A stretch of DNA of 64,000 nucleotides, from contig CM075987.1 of assembly GCA_038087875.1 (NCBI GenBank), forward strand, positions 14,756,001-14,820,000, read 5' to 3'. Both the position numbers and the translations under genes were made by a program. The stretch is from Malacoraja senta (Eukaryota). The notes beneath the pieces are model-generated. The model worked only from the letters and a program-made list of their open reading frames with translations, did not search any database and had not been told where the DNA came from. Below, one piece after another: positions 52,218-64,000 of the stretch; the first letter of the stretch is position 1; every line of letters starts with the position of its first letter.

Positions 52218-53354
52218 CTGAATTGAAACCAGATTCACAAATCAGGTTACACCAGACGCGATGGCACTATAGATAGCACTGGGAAAGACTAACATTGTGT
52301 TCATTGGATAGAACCGTACAGCACAGGAACTGGCCCTTTGGCCCACAATGCCCGTGCCAAACATGGTTGAGTTAAACTAACTTCCTCTGCCTGCACGTGT
52401 TCCATATCCTTCCATTCCCTGAATATCCATGTGCCTGTCTGAAAGCGTCTTAAATGCCTCTGTCGTATCTGCCTCCACCACACCTGGCAGCACCACGTTC
52501 CAGGCACCCACCACCCTCTGTGTAAAAAAAACCTGCTTTAAACTTTGCTCCTCACACCTTAAAGCTATGCCCTCTAATCTTTGACATTTCCACCCTGGGT
52601 AAAAGGTTCACCCTGCTACATATAAACTCTCTCAATCCACAATTTGGATCCTCGCTTTGGACAGGGATATAGTTTTCAAGAGCAGCTTAGCTGGTTAGCT
52701 GGTCTAGCTCCTTTGAGAGTCTCCTCCACAGTTATCGCTTCATCCCCAATTAACCCCCGGTATCCAAATTGAAAAAAGAGGCTCAAAAAGATCCAATTTC
52801 AATTTCACTGCACGGTACGACACGTCTTGTTTGCAGCTTCAACCCCGATACTGTTCCTGATTATTTGTAGGGAGAAACTGTCTTCTGATTGAAAACATAG
52901 AAACAGAGGAATGCATCGTCATCCTGCAACCCCTCGTCAGCGTTAGATATAGGTTTATTACTGTCACGTGTACAGTGAAAAGCTTCGTTTTGCATGTTAT
53001 TCAAAAGGATCAGATATACTATACATTAATAAAATCAAGCCAGTCTCTTTGTTCCAATCATTCCCTTCCATCAACCTGTGAATGCCTATGTTCTGTTGTG
53101 CTCAAGCAAAGCAAGAATTTCATTGTCCTACCAGGGACACATGACAATAAACTCACTTGACTTGACTTGAATTACATCCCATTGCTCTAACCAGGTTTCC
53201 ATACATTTGCAACAAGAAATCTCTCCTCTTGTACTCAAAGCCTATTGCAAAGGCGGCCAACATACTCTTTATCTCTCGAAAGGACATACAGCCGGTGTTG
53301 CAGGATTTCTAAGATGTGGATTTAGCTGCTTTATTTTCTCTATGGTCTTTATAC

Positions 53355-53494
53355 CTTCAAAGGGATACATGGCCTTGCATGTACCAATTGATGTCAGCAC
53401 TTCTTCATCATCAAACTCATCATCAAACTCGTTTTGGGCTGCAACTTTTAACTGTGGGTCTTGGCTTTGTTCTTCGGTATAACTACCATCAGGA
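53355..53494 (-). CDS. FNBP1: FNBP1 exon ([46 protein letters not shown])
   Basis: ttcttgagcag| acceptor, |gtataa donor, phase 2/1; acidic FDDEFDDEE motif and start of SH3. Confidence 0.94.
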
Positions 53495-54482
53495 CTGCTC
53501 AAGAAAGAAAGAAATACAGTAAATATAGAAATAGTATGTCTCAAATAAACCATAGCAGATCCACAGACCATGGCAGCAAAACAGCCGATAGAACTCATGC
53601 AGTAGAGCAATATCATATGCAGCAGCAGCGTCATAACCAGTAGAAATCACCTAGGAAAGCATTAACAAACTCTGGACTCAATTTATGATAACCTAAAACA
53701 GGGCAAGTTATATCAGAGAAGAAGACCACACTGCCCATCATTTCCATTGCATTCACCGATGGACTTGGATCTGATTAAACTTCCCAATCCCTGGTCTACA
53801 GTGACACAGGCTGATAGTTCTTCCAGTGGCCACTGGTTAAATGTGGTGATAGTCTCAGGCTCCACTAATCTCTCAAGCTGAAAGCTGCACACATTATGTA
53901 ATACCTGACAGTCGCAATTTTGGATAAAAGGCATTGAGGCGATCTGATAGCTTTGTATAACGCAGCCATTAATTTTCCATAATTTATAATTTGAAACTAT
54001 GCACATAATTGCTAATTCACATAAAAAATGATCAATAATCCAATTTGGACATTGTTGAACAGCAAATATTAAAGTTTATGTTGCTGTATTGCACTCTTGT
54101 TTGACACTCAAAATACATTAAGAATAGTTGGCAACTGTTTATTATTTCCACGCGTGCCAAGATAGAGTGGAAAGCTTATCCTTCACTGTATTGTTTTTAG
54201 TTGTGTTCACTTGTTACAAAGTATACTTTGACGTTTGGCAGAAATTGCAAGATTGTTTCATCAATTGTTTCAATTCCAAGAAGAGATACACTGTGAGTAA
54301 ACTCATTAATACTTTTAGATATTATTTAATTAAACAAAAACAGCATGGGGACAACAAAATCAGCAATCTTTTATTGATTTTACATATTGACCAATTAGTG
54401 CTTTATTTCAATTTCCAGTTAATGCAATTCTTATTTTAACAACCCCAAACCCCGCTCAGTAACTATGATCTTTTATGAAGAA

Positions 54483-55122
54483 AGCAAATGGTATGTTAGC
54501 ATTCATAGCAAAAGGATTTGAGTATAAGAGCAGGGAGGTTCTACTGCAGTTGTACAGGGTCTTGGTGAGACCACACCTGGAGTATTGCGTACAGTTTGGT
54601 TTCCTAATCTGAGGAAAGACATTCTTGCCATAGAGGGAGTACAGAGAAGGTTCACCAGACTGATTCCTGGGATGGCAGGACTTTCATATGAGGAAAGACT
54701 GGATAGACTCAGCTTGTACACGTTGGAATTCAGAAGACTGAGGGGGGATCTTATAGAAACGTACAAAATTCTTAAGTGGTTGGACAGGCTAGATGCAGGA
54801 AGATTATTCCCGATATTGGGGAAGTCCAGAACTAGGGGTCAGTTTAAGGATAAGAGGGAACACTTTTAGGACCGAGATGAGGAAATCATTTTTTACACAG
54901 AGAGTGGTGAATCTGTGGAATTCTCTGCCACAGAAGGTAGTTGAGGCCAGTTCATTGGCTATGTTTAAGAGGGAGTTAGATGTGGCCCTTGTGGCTAAAG
55001 GGATCAGGGGGTATGGAGAGAGGCAGGGATGGGATACTGAGTTGGATGATCAGCCATGATCATATCAAATGGCGGTGCAGGCTCGAAGGGCCTACTCCTG
55101 CACCTATTTTCTATGTTTCTAT
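54483..55122 (+). mobile_element. CR1-type LINE (HER1-like) 3' end, relatively young
   Basis: ORF2 C-terminus IEGVQRRFTRLIPGMAGLSYEERLDRLSLYTLEFRRLRGDLIETYKI...FFTQRVVNLWNSLP; (tttctatg)n tail. Confidence 0.9.
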
Positions 55123-57003
55123 GGACTGTGTCTTTGGTTCCACTACAGACATCGGTTTTGCACTATTATGGTTCCTTGGTTTTATTGTGATTAATTCATT
55201 GTATTATTGACTATAATATATTTAACTGTGTGTTATTACGTTTATGGGACTGTTGAGCTGCAGCAAGTAAGAATGTCATTGTTCTGTTGTTGGTGCATGG
55301 GACATTTAAACACTCTTGACTCACTCTCTGCATCAACTACAGCGCATTGAGTTGGGAATTTACAGGGTGTGCCAGCTACATAAACTTCTGTTAAATTAAA
55401 TGAATTCATGGCGCCTTGTAAAATAAATCTGATCGCAACATCCAAAATTAAGTTCTCAGAAATAGCAGAAGGACTTAAAGAAACAATTTAATCTAGATTT
55501 TTAAAACATTTCAGAAAATGCACAGGAATTCACAATTCATAAACCGCTGGACAAAATATATCCATCTAATTCATCAGGTCAAACTAAATTCTAATTTATT
55601 CATTCTATTCTCTTTTGTCTATTTTAAATAATAGATAGATTATTCGATGACGATGACGAATTTCAGTAAGTTGGGAATTTTTGCAAAATAATTTCAAGAG
55701 AAAGGAGTGGTAATCTGCAGATAGGTTCAAATTGCTCAGATGATATTGTGGAATTTAAATTTGGTTGTAAAATCTAGAATCAATGGCCAATACCTGTAAT
55801 GGTGAGCAAAAAAATATTATAAATAATCAACAATTTCACAAACACCCCGAGAGAAGAATTTGAGTCATTTGTGTGCGGTGACTTCATTGGCATGATCACC
55901 ATGTATTTTCCACACTACCTTCCATTTTCCCCTTTCGACACATGACACATTAGCATTGTTCCATTTAAACACAACTTAGAAAAAGCACCTCAGGATTACA
56001 AACCCCTAGGCCAAATCACATGCAATCTTAGAAATGTCTTAAACGTGGGCAAATGGAACTAGCTTAGATGCGGCATCCCAGTCAGCATGGACAAGTTGTG
56101 CCGAAGTGCCTGCTTCTGTGCTGTATTACTTTACGTTACAAAACAAAAAGTGCCAACTTGGCCAACCAAGTTCATTGTACAGAAATCCTGTCAGTTCCAA
56201 ATCCCAGATTTCGCCCCATGATCATGCACATTGGCTGCGCTCTGTCATGCACACGGCAGATGGCGAGAGAGAAAAAAAAACGGCCTAATTTTCACAAGTC
56301 CATCTGTTCCACATGCATCGATTCATTGGTGACCATCTTAAACACCCAGGAAGATCAGTCCTGTCTCCATAATAAAGATGTTCACAATATTGCTGTGTTA
56401 AGTGGGAAAGATTTTGAATTGAGCCAGTAGCTCAAAACTGGGCATTCCTGAGGCAAATTAAGGTCACCAGGATCATTGGAGTATCATTCCATGCACCCAC
56501 ATCTTCTACCATCATCCCCTCTTCTCCGCACCCCTTCATTGTCTCCTTCCACTCACATCCCTCCCTCTGGCTTTCTACCTTATTCCTTATCTAACACCCG
56601 TTTGTCTCCTTTTCATCTCTCGCCTTTGTCACTTACTCCATCCATCAGCTATTCACCCCCCCCCCTTTACCTCTATCCTATCACTTGCCAGGCTTTGTTC
56701 CACCTCTCTCTTCCAGTTTTCTCCCCCACCCCCAACCCCCAACCCCCACTACAATCAGTCTGAAGAAGGGTCCTGACCCTAAACATCATCCCCCCCCCCC
56801 CCATCTCCTCTATGATTCGGCCGCAACCAGGAAGGCAGAGATCAGATCAACTCTGTGCTGTCCGACCACATCCTTGTGTGAAGTGGCCACAGGTTCAATA
56901 ACACATAGAATACAAAAAGGGAACAGCAATGTCTGCCGCCACCTTCAACTTCTCAACATCCAGCTCAGTCTGCAAGTCTCCGTGACCAATAATGGTACTG
57001 TAC

Positions 57004-57122
57004 CTCTCTCTATCCTGTGGACAGTTGTTGACGGCGCTGCTCTGCGACTCGTACATTTCACTCTGCCGCCGAGTTTGATCCGACTTTGCCGGTAAGCGAC
57101 CTTCCACCTCAGCCAGCCAAGC
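57004..57122 (-). CDS. FNBP1: FNBP1 exon ([39 protein letters not shown])
   Basis: gttttcag| acceptor, |gtacag donor, phase 0/2. The EGRLPA..Q.RRQS and VNNC.QDRE motifs are FNBP1-type rather than FNBP1L. Confidence 0.93.
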
Positions 57123-57429
57123 CTGAAAACATATGAGAAATGAATGCTGAAGTACACATCACCACTTTGGCACGCTGAGTCCAGAGGTTGGGTGTAAAAA
57201 CGCAGAGCTGGAAGAACTCAGTAGGTCAGGCAGCATCTGTAGAGAGCGTGGATAGGTGAAGTTTCAGGTTGGAACCCTTCTTCAGACCAAAGAAGAATCT
57301 GAAGGAAGATATATTCCTCAGATGTTTACTGACTTGCTGAGTTCCACCAGCACTGTGTTTTTTTGCATAAGTTACCAGCATCTGCAGAAATTGGAACGTT
57401 GTGTTACAGTTGTAGATGACGATGGTGAG

Positions 57430-58000
57430 GCCACACGGAGTATTATGTTCAGTTTTGTTCACCCTGGTATAGGACAGATGCCATTAAGCAGCGAAGGGTG
57501 CAGAGAAGATTTATAAGGATGTTGCCCCCAGGACTCAAGGTTCCGAGCTATATAGAGAGATGTTGGGCAGGCTAGGATTTTATTCCTCGGAGCCCACGAG
57601 ACTGAGGGTAAACTTATAGGGGTGTTTCAAATCAGGAGGAGAATAGATATAATGAATATACAGAGTCTTTTTCCCAGGGTAGGGCAAGTCAAAAACCAGA
57701 GGGCATAGGTTTAAAGGGCATCGGCATCGGTCTAATCAGACAGTGGGGAAAGATTTAATAGGATCCTGAGAGACAACTTTTTCACCAAGAGGTTAATGAA
57801 TGTATAGAATGGGCAGCCAGAGGAAATAGTTGAAGAAGGAATGATTAAAAACATCTGAAAACTATTTGGACAGGTACATGGATAGGAATGGTTTAGCGGT
57901 AAATGAGTCAAATGCGGGCAAATGGGACTAGCTTAGATGGAGTGTCTTGGTCAGCCTGGATGAAATATATTGAAGGGCCTGTTTCCAAGCTAAATGACCA
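57430..58000 (+). mobile_element. CR1-type LINE 3' fragment
   Basis: Homologous to the 9370 and 54483 copies (gagctata...ctttttcccagggtagg...gacaggtacatggatagg). Confidence 0.8.
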
Positions 58001-59349
58001 TGGTTTTCCAGTTAAATGCAAGATGTGTGGCTGGGGAGGAGAGGTGTAGCAAGATCTTGATGAATGACTGAGAAAGCTCAAAAACAGGAGTATGCCTTAG
58101 TTCAAATGTTTTATGTTCTTTTAATTTCACACGTGATCATCTTGATTGTGGTCTATAGTCACCAGAGGGCATAATAATACTGGATAATGGCATAACCCAG
58201 AGATCAACTCTCCTTCAGGCAACTCGCATTGCTATCTTTCTGTAAATATTTATCCAACAGTTAGTATCCACAATGTAACTGTAAACTAATCAGACTTTCT
58301 AGCTACCACTTTTGGGGTCATATTGTATATCTATTTATTTCTGGAACCTATCGTTTTATTCCTCTGTCACCTTTCTTCAGTGCTATCAAGACCCTGGAGA
58401 CAAACCTGCATTGTTATTCCTTGTGATGATAATCACAAAAAGCTGGAGTAACTCAGCGGGTAAGACAGCATCTCTGGAGAAAAGGAATAGGTGACGTGTC
58501 GGATCAAGTCCCTCTTCCTTGCACCTTGCCTCAACGTGTACTTTTATAAACATGCATCTTGATTTTCTACCCATCTCGTTTGACTCATTTTGAGTAAGGC
58601 ACTTCCATTACTAAACTCAGCACATGTTCCTATGTAACCTTAAACAGTATGTACTCAGGTATTTTGACTTTAGAGTGTGTAACAGATAAACCTGCACCTG
58701 TTCTCAAGCATAATGGACAAGCACATACTCTTGTGTCGAATCACCTGTAATATCCAATGTACTGCTTTGGCCAAAGACCAGCTAAATTAGCACAGAAATA
58801 GGATTAGATCAATGTGTTCCTGGAACTTAATGCTTCTGGTTCCTGTCACCTAGTGATACGTTGGTATCAATTGCAAGAAATATCTGCCTCAGAGAAACAT
58901 CACTTAAATTTCACCGGCCATTTTAGCTCTGCAGAAGAAGACCTGTAAATATTTGTTTACTTTGGCTTATCAACTGACAATATGACAGTTTATTCATTAT
59001 GTGGTTTATTTTCTGAGGAGTTCAGCAGTAATGAACATAGTAAATTGGATGTAGTCACAGTTCAGTATCCTCACATAAACTAATTATCCAACCACTTAGT
59101 AATCAAGGGATTAAAATGTTTGTTGTCTTTCATTTCATTAAAATTGTTAACAAAGCCTTAGTGCATGCAACACAATTTGTATACTTGCAGGCCTCCAATC
59201 TTGATTAAAATAAACATTTTTCTTTAGGGAAAAATAAATACTTCCTGATATTTAACACTTTTAGTTTAATTCTAAAGCAGACATGGCATTTCTCTTCATG
59301 TCTAAATGTTAATTTCAATCCTGAGCAAAGATGTGTCACTATCACTAAT

Positions 59350-60265
59350 GAGTCCACAGAAATGCCTGTGGCCTATAGGTTTGGCATTGTGACATGCAGA
59401 CCTGTAAGATTTCAAATTCCATTCCTGGTTGTGCAGCAGCAGCTAATCTGAGTCATAGTTGTAAGGAGACAACAGAGAGTGGCAGATACCACCCAGTCCA
59501 TCAGAGATACTGACCTCCCCACCATTGAAGGGATCTATACGTGGCACTGCCTCAAAACCACAGCTAATACCAAAGACCCTGGTTACGTTCTCATCTCGCT
59601 ACTGCCATTGAGAAGAAGGTACAAAAGACTGAAAACCATGAGTCCAAATTCAAGAACAGGTTCTTCACAGCAACTATAGATACATAGATACATAGAAAAT
59701 AGGTGCAGGAGTAGGCCCTTCGGCCCTTCGAGCCTGCACCGCCATTCAATATGATCATGGCTGATCATCCAACTCAGTATCCCGTACCTGCATTCTCTCC
59801 ATACCCCCTGATCCCTTTAGCCACAAGGGCCACATCTAACTCCCTCTTAAATATAGCCAATGAACTGGCCTCAACTACCCTCTGTGGCAGAGAGTTCCAG
59901 GCTCTTCAACAGGCTCTATCAGGCTCTTCAACACTAAACTACAGTGACCTTGGCACCCATGTCCTCCAAAAATGCCACCTGACCCACTAAGTTACTCCAC
60001 CACTTTGTGCTGCAAGATTCCAGCACCTGCAATTCCTTGTGTTGCTCTGTCTTCAGCAACTATGATCTCCTGTGGACAGTGTCTCTAGTTGCATTACATG
60101 CTTCTGTTTTGCTCTATTATAGTCTGGTTACCAAGTATTAAAATTAATAAATATCGTTTGCATTTATATATCATCAGTGTTGTTGCGTTTAAAGGCTTGT
60201 TCAGCTGCAAGAAGTAAACATTTCATTTTTCTGTTGTACATATTCCATTAAACACTCTTGACTGC
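59350..60265 (+). mobile_element. Rex1-like LINE 3' end interrupted by CR1 and PLE fragments (related - copy at ~34448-34830)
   Basis: Degenerate C-terminal peptide QRVADTTQSI...LPTIEGIY..HCLK...KDP...LISLLP..RRYKRLKT; tail with attaaaacactcttgact. Confidence 0.6.
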
Positions 60266-60858
60266 AGTTGGTCTCTGTACACCAAGCTAAGAAATCTCCA
60301 AAGATGTCTGCTTCCTGAAGAATACTGCTGTATGTACATCTGCAGAGCACTGCATAATGAATGTCTGTGAACCGTCCTATGAATCATCCAAATATATTGG
60401 CTGCTTGAACTAAATAGTGAATAAGAAGGAGAGAAACTGGAAATCAAAGTCATGCATGCCTTAGTCAAATAATAATGTCACCTTTTCTATTGTGTTCTAC
60501 AACTCAAAGTTTTAAATCAAAGGATTACCATGTTGAAAGTTTATTAAAGCACAAACTTTAAAGTATTGTGCCAGTGGTTGGCCTAAAGAGCATATAACTT
60601 TAGCAAGAAAATATTGGCTATTGCCAACTCTATCAAGGCAGAAGCTCAAATTGATGCAGATAATGTTTAAATTATTTAAATCGCAGTATTAAATAACATA
60701 GGTGGTGGCTATTTGGCCCACTGTAACTGAAAAGAATTCTTAAAAAATGTTAAGGTTCAACATGTTAGCCAATATTATGCCAGTCTTTTTTCCATCCAGG
60801 GTAGAAGATTCGAAAACCGAGGGCATAAGCTTAAGGTGAGAGGACAATTATGACTTTT

Positions 60859-61628
60859 TAATTTTTTAATTTTTTTTTACATTTTTATTTATTAGAAGTA
60901 CATTACATTACAACCAATTACATTAGTACTCGTCACGTATATCTTATTACAATTAATGTACTCCATCATTTTTTACACTAATAAAGGGAAAGGATGAGAT
61001 TGAGAGAAAGGAGAAAGTGAAGGAAAGAAGTGAAAGTGTAAAAAACGTGACAACAAAAAAGAACAAAGACCCTATAAGAAAGAAATTTAAAAAAAAAAGA
61101 ATTAAGAAATAAACCCTAAAAAAGAAGAAAAAAGAGAAAGAGGGAAAAGAGAAAAACAAATACTTTGTTGTAAGCATCACGCAAGTGGGATATACCAACT
61201 CTCCAGCTTTCATCCCCCCTTACCTGACCTCAGTTTTTTTTTAAGTACTTTTGCACCCTATACTTGTAATAATTCTATAAATGCAGACCACGTCAGGTGG
61301 AAGTGATCTGGTTTACCTGCCAGAAGGAGTCTTATCTCTTCTAGGTGTAATGTTTCGAACATATTTGAAATCCACATGTTTATAGTTGGTATTGGAGCGT
61401 TTTTCCAGAATTTTAGGATTAACTTTTTTCCAGTTATTAACCCATAGTCTATTAATTTCTTTTGGAACACATTTAGTTCTGGACTATCTTCCGTTGTTCC
61501 GAAGGTAATCAATTCTGCTTTGGGTATTAGTTTTATTTAAAATAATCTTGTAAAGATTTCAAAAATTTCAATCCAAAATTTTTGAATTTTTGTACAGAAA
61601 ACAAATGAGTGCGCTATAGTAGCTTCTC
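60859..61628 (-). mobile_element. 5'-truncated L1-clade LINE inserted in a CR1 tail
   Basis: 15-bp TSD acaattatgactttt at 60844-60858 and 61629-61643; A-rich tail with AATAAA; C-terminal ORF2 peptides EATIAHSFVFCTKIQKFW and KKLILKFWKNAPIPTINMW. Confidence 0.82.
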
Positions 61629-62117
61629 ACAATTATGACTTTTAAAAGACATTTGACAGATATATGGATAGGAAGGGTTTAGAGGGCTATGGGCCAAATG
61701 TAGGCAAATGGGACTAGCCCAATATTGCAACTTGGTTTGGCATGGATTACATAGAAGAAACACTAGTACAGGTAGATGGAAAACCAGCTCTCAAAATTTG
61801 GTCAGATTATTAATCAAGAGAGACCTCTGAGCTCTTAGGGCTAATAGAATCAATGGATATGGAGAGAAAACAGGAAGGGTTACTGATTCCAGATGATCAG
61901 CCATGATCATATTGAATGGTGGTGCTGGCTCAAAGGGCCTACTCCTGCACCTATTTTCTACGTTTCTATGTTTAATCGTCCTGTTGCCATGTTAACACAT
62001 ACTGACCACTACATCATTAATTAATCAGTAAGATGGAAGAGATAGGGTTAGCTTGAATGCCAACTGCATACTGCGGGGGGGGGGGGTAAGAGAATTTGAC
62101 TTTGAGTCAAACGTTAC

Positions 62118-62250
62118 CTCAAATTTCTGACTCTCTTGTCGTAATTTCTCTATCGTCTGTCCGATTTCTGCAAGCCTGGGAGCCACACTGCCGGGGTCAC
62201 CCATCTGAGGGTTCTTAACGTAGACATCTTTCATCTTTGTCAAGCCATCT
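62118..62250 (-). CDS. FNBP1: FNBP1 exon, HR1 domain C-terminal half ([44 protein letters not shown]); upstream exons lie outside the window
   Basis: tactttgtag| acceptor, |gtaacg donor, 133 nt, phase 2/0; [15 protein letters not shown] signature of the FBP17/TOCA-1/CIP4 family. Confidence 0.92.
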
Positions 62251-62351
62251 CTACAAAGTACAAATAAATACAATTAGTGTACCAATGTATTGCAGTCTGC
62301 TGGTTGTCCTCTTATTAACATAGAACATAGAACAGTACAGATCAGGAACAG

Positions 62352-62859
62352 TGCGCAGGATGGATGCTGGTGATAAGGGTCTCCCGGTTGCTCATCACTT
62401 TAACTCTCCCTCCCATTCCCACATTGACCCTTCTGTCCTGGGCCTCCTCCGGTGTCACAGTGTGGCCCAACACAAATTGGAGGAACAGCACCTCGTATTT
62501 GGCTTGGGGAGCTTACAACCCAGCGGTGTGAATTATAATTACTCCAACTTCAAGTAATGTGTGGATTCCCTCTTTCACCATCCCTCCCACACCCAAGTCC
62601 TCCAACTAGTTGCACTGTCCTTCTGATTAAATTTACTGATTGTCACTTTCCCCTCAGCTAACAATGAACCATTCTAAATTTCCCTATCATCGTCTGCTTT
62701 GATCTTTCATTTTCACACCTTACCTCTCCATATCTTTAGACTCTCTCTCCCCTGACTCTCAGTCTGAAGAAGGGTCTCGACACAAAACGTCACCCATTTC
62801 TTCTCTCCAGAGATGCTGTCTGTCCTGCTGAGTTACTCCAGCATTTTGTGTATATCTTT
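62352..62859 (+). mobile_element. PLE 3' fragment (GIY-YIG C-terminus, UTR, degenerate hammerhead) nested in a CR1-type tail
   Basis: ORF LPVAHHFNSPSHSH...HKLEEQHLVFGLGSLQPSGVN, homologous to 22382-22657; imperfect 13-bp TSD agatcaggaacag / agcacaggaacag. Confidence 0.82.
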
Positions 62860-63269
62860 AGCACAGGAACAGGCCCGATGGCCCACACTGTCTGCCGAAC
62901 ATGATGCCAAAACCAACTCTTATCAACCTGCACTTAATCCATATCCCTCCACCTATCCAAAAGTCTCTTAAATGCCACTATTCTGCCCCCCCGACCACCC
63001 CAGGCAGCACATTCCAGGCACTCGTCACCCTCTGAGTAAAATAAAACATGAAAAGATTATTAATTTTGCAAATAAAACATTCAGCAGATTTGTGTCTAGT
63101 GTCCTCTTGTTCTGTTTCTGAACTGCTCTCGGAAGAGTTTAAACTGGAAGGGCAAGAGGGTGAGAAGCAGAGCAGCAGGTCAGCAAATGGAAGGGCTGTT
63201 GAGAAAGTGGAGGTTATGATAATTAAATCTCAAAGGAAGGACATGCAGGGAGTGGTTCATGAATATGGG

Positions 63270-63669
63270 GATAATGAAGGGCTGAAGTGTGTTTACTTCA
63301 ATGCAAAGAGTACTGTGGGTAAAGCTGATGAACTTAGAGCCTGGATTAGTGATTGGAATAATGATATTGTGGCCATTACGGAAACTTGACTGTGAGAGGG
63401 ACACGACTGGCAGCTCAACGTGCCAGGGTTTCGATGTTTCAGATGTGACAGAGTGAGAGGTAAAAGAGGTGGAGGAGTTGTTTTACTAATCAGGGAGATG
63501 TCATGGTGGTACTCAGACAGGACATACTGGAGGGCACATCTACTGTGGCATTATGGGTTGAGCTCAAAAATAAGAAAGGAGCAATCACACAAATGGAATT
63601 ATATTACAGACCATTCAATAACCAGTGGGAAATAGAGGATCAGATATGTAGACAGATTACAGAAGGATA
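63270..63669 (+). mobile_element. CR1-type LINE ORF2 N-terminus (AP-like endonuclease), degenerate
   Basis: LKCVYFNAKSTVGKADELRAWISDWNNDIVAITET* ... PGFRCFRCDRVRGKRGGGVVLLIRE; interrupted by stops and frameshifts. Confidence 0.85.
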
Positions 63670-64000
63670 CTAGACTAAGTGGAACCTGTTGGGTCCCAGC
63701 ATCACATGGGAGGGCTGGTCCCCCAACGCAATATTCCACCTCTCCACCAATTCCAATATTGGTGCCCAGTGGGTGGGGTTTTCTGGAGCGCTAGTATGGG
63801 TGTTGTGGGCTGAAGGGACTGGTTTCCAGAGGGCTAGTATGGACATTGTGGGCCAAATGGATTCAATGCGGCGGCTCAGTCACTCAAGCCTGTTGTGCTG
63901 GCAGCTCACTCACTCACGGCTGGTGGGCTGGCAGTTAACTCACGGCTATTCCTTGAAATTCCATTACAAGCAGGGTGCAAGGCCACTAAAGACAGCGAGT
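63670..64000 (-). mobile_element. Probable non-autonomous Helitron 3' terminus (element continues beyond the window)
   Basis: Minus strand GGGACC-caaca-GGTTCC hairpin, then acttagt, CTAG and a host T; it interrupts the CR1 ORF abruptly. Confidence 0.55.

Noticed and set aside
52039-62250. Calling the gene FNBP1L or TRIP10
   Set aside because: [31 protein letters not shown] and IGTCKA match FNBP1 as recalled.

Overview
Eukaryotic genomic DNA, most likely from a cartilaginous fish (skate/ray-like; inferred from the repeat families and protein divergence). Two spliced genes lie tail-to-tail. The 3' nine coding exons of SH2D3C (NSP3/CHAT/SHEP1; SH2 plus RasGEF-like domain) are on + at 369-16791. 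The last coding exons of FNBP1 (FBP17; end of HR1, RxxPDG motif, SH3) are on - at 62250-46124, with two alternative C-termini (GAMTYI* or GT*). Introns and the intergenic region carry CR1-type LINE tails, V-SINEs, Deu-type SINE relics, Rex1-like and L1 fragments, Penelope-like elements (PLEs) and a probable Helitron end. Two classes of ribozyme-bearing mobile element stand out. (1) A ~135-bp retroposon with a target-site duplication (TSD) in an SH2D3C intron, whose 5' end is a complete minimal HDV-like ribozyme fold and whose 3' end is an RTE-like (GAA)n tail. (2) A PLE-derived family carrying minimal hammerhead cores, present as an inverted GIY-YIG-coding copy, short TSD-flanked solo copies and small fold-back elements. 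All folds and family assignments were made by eye; no searches were run.
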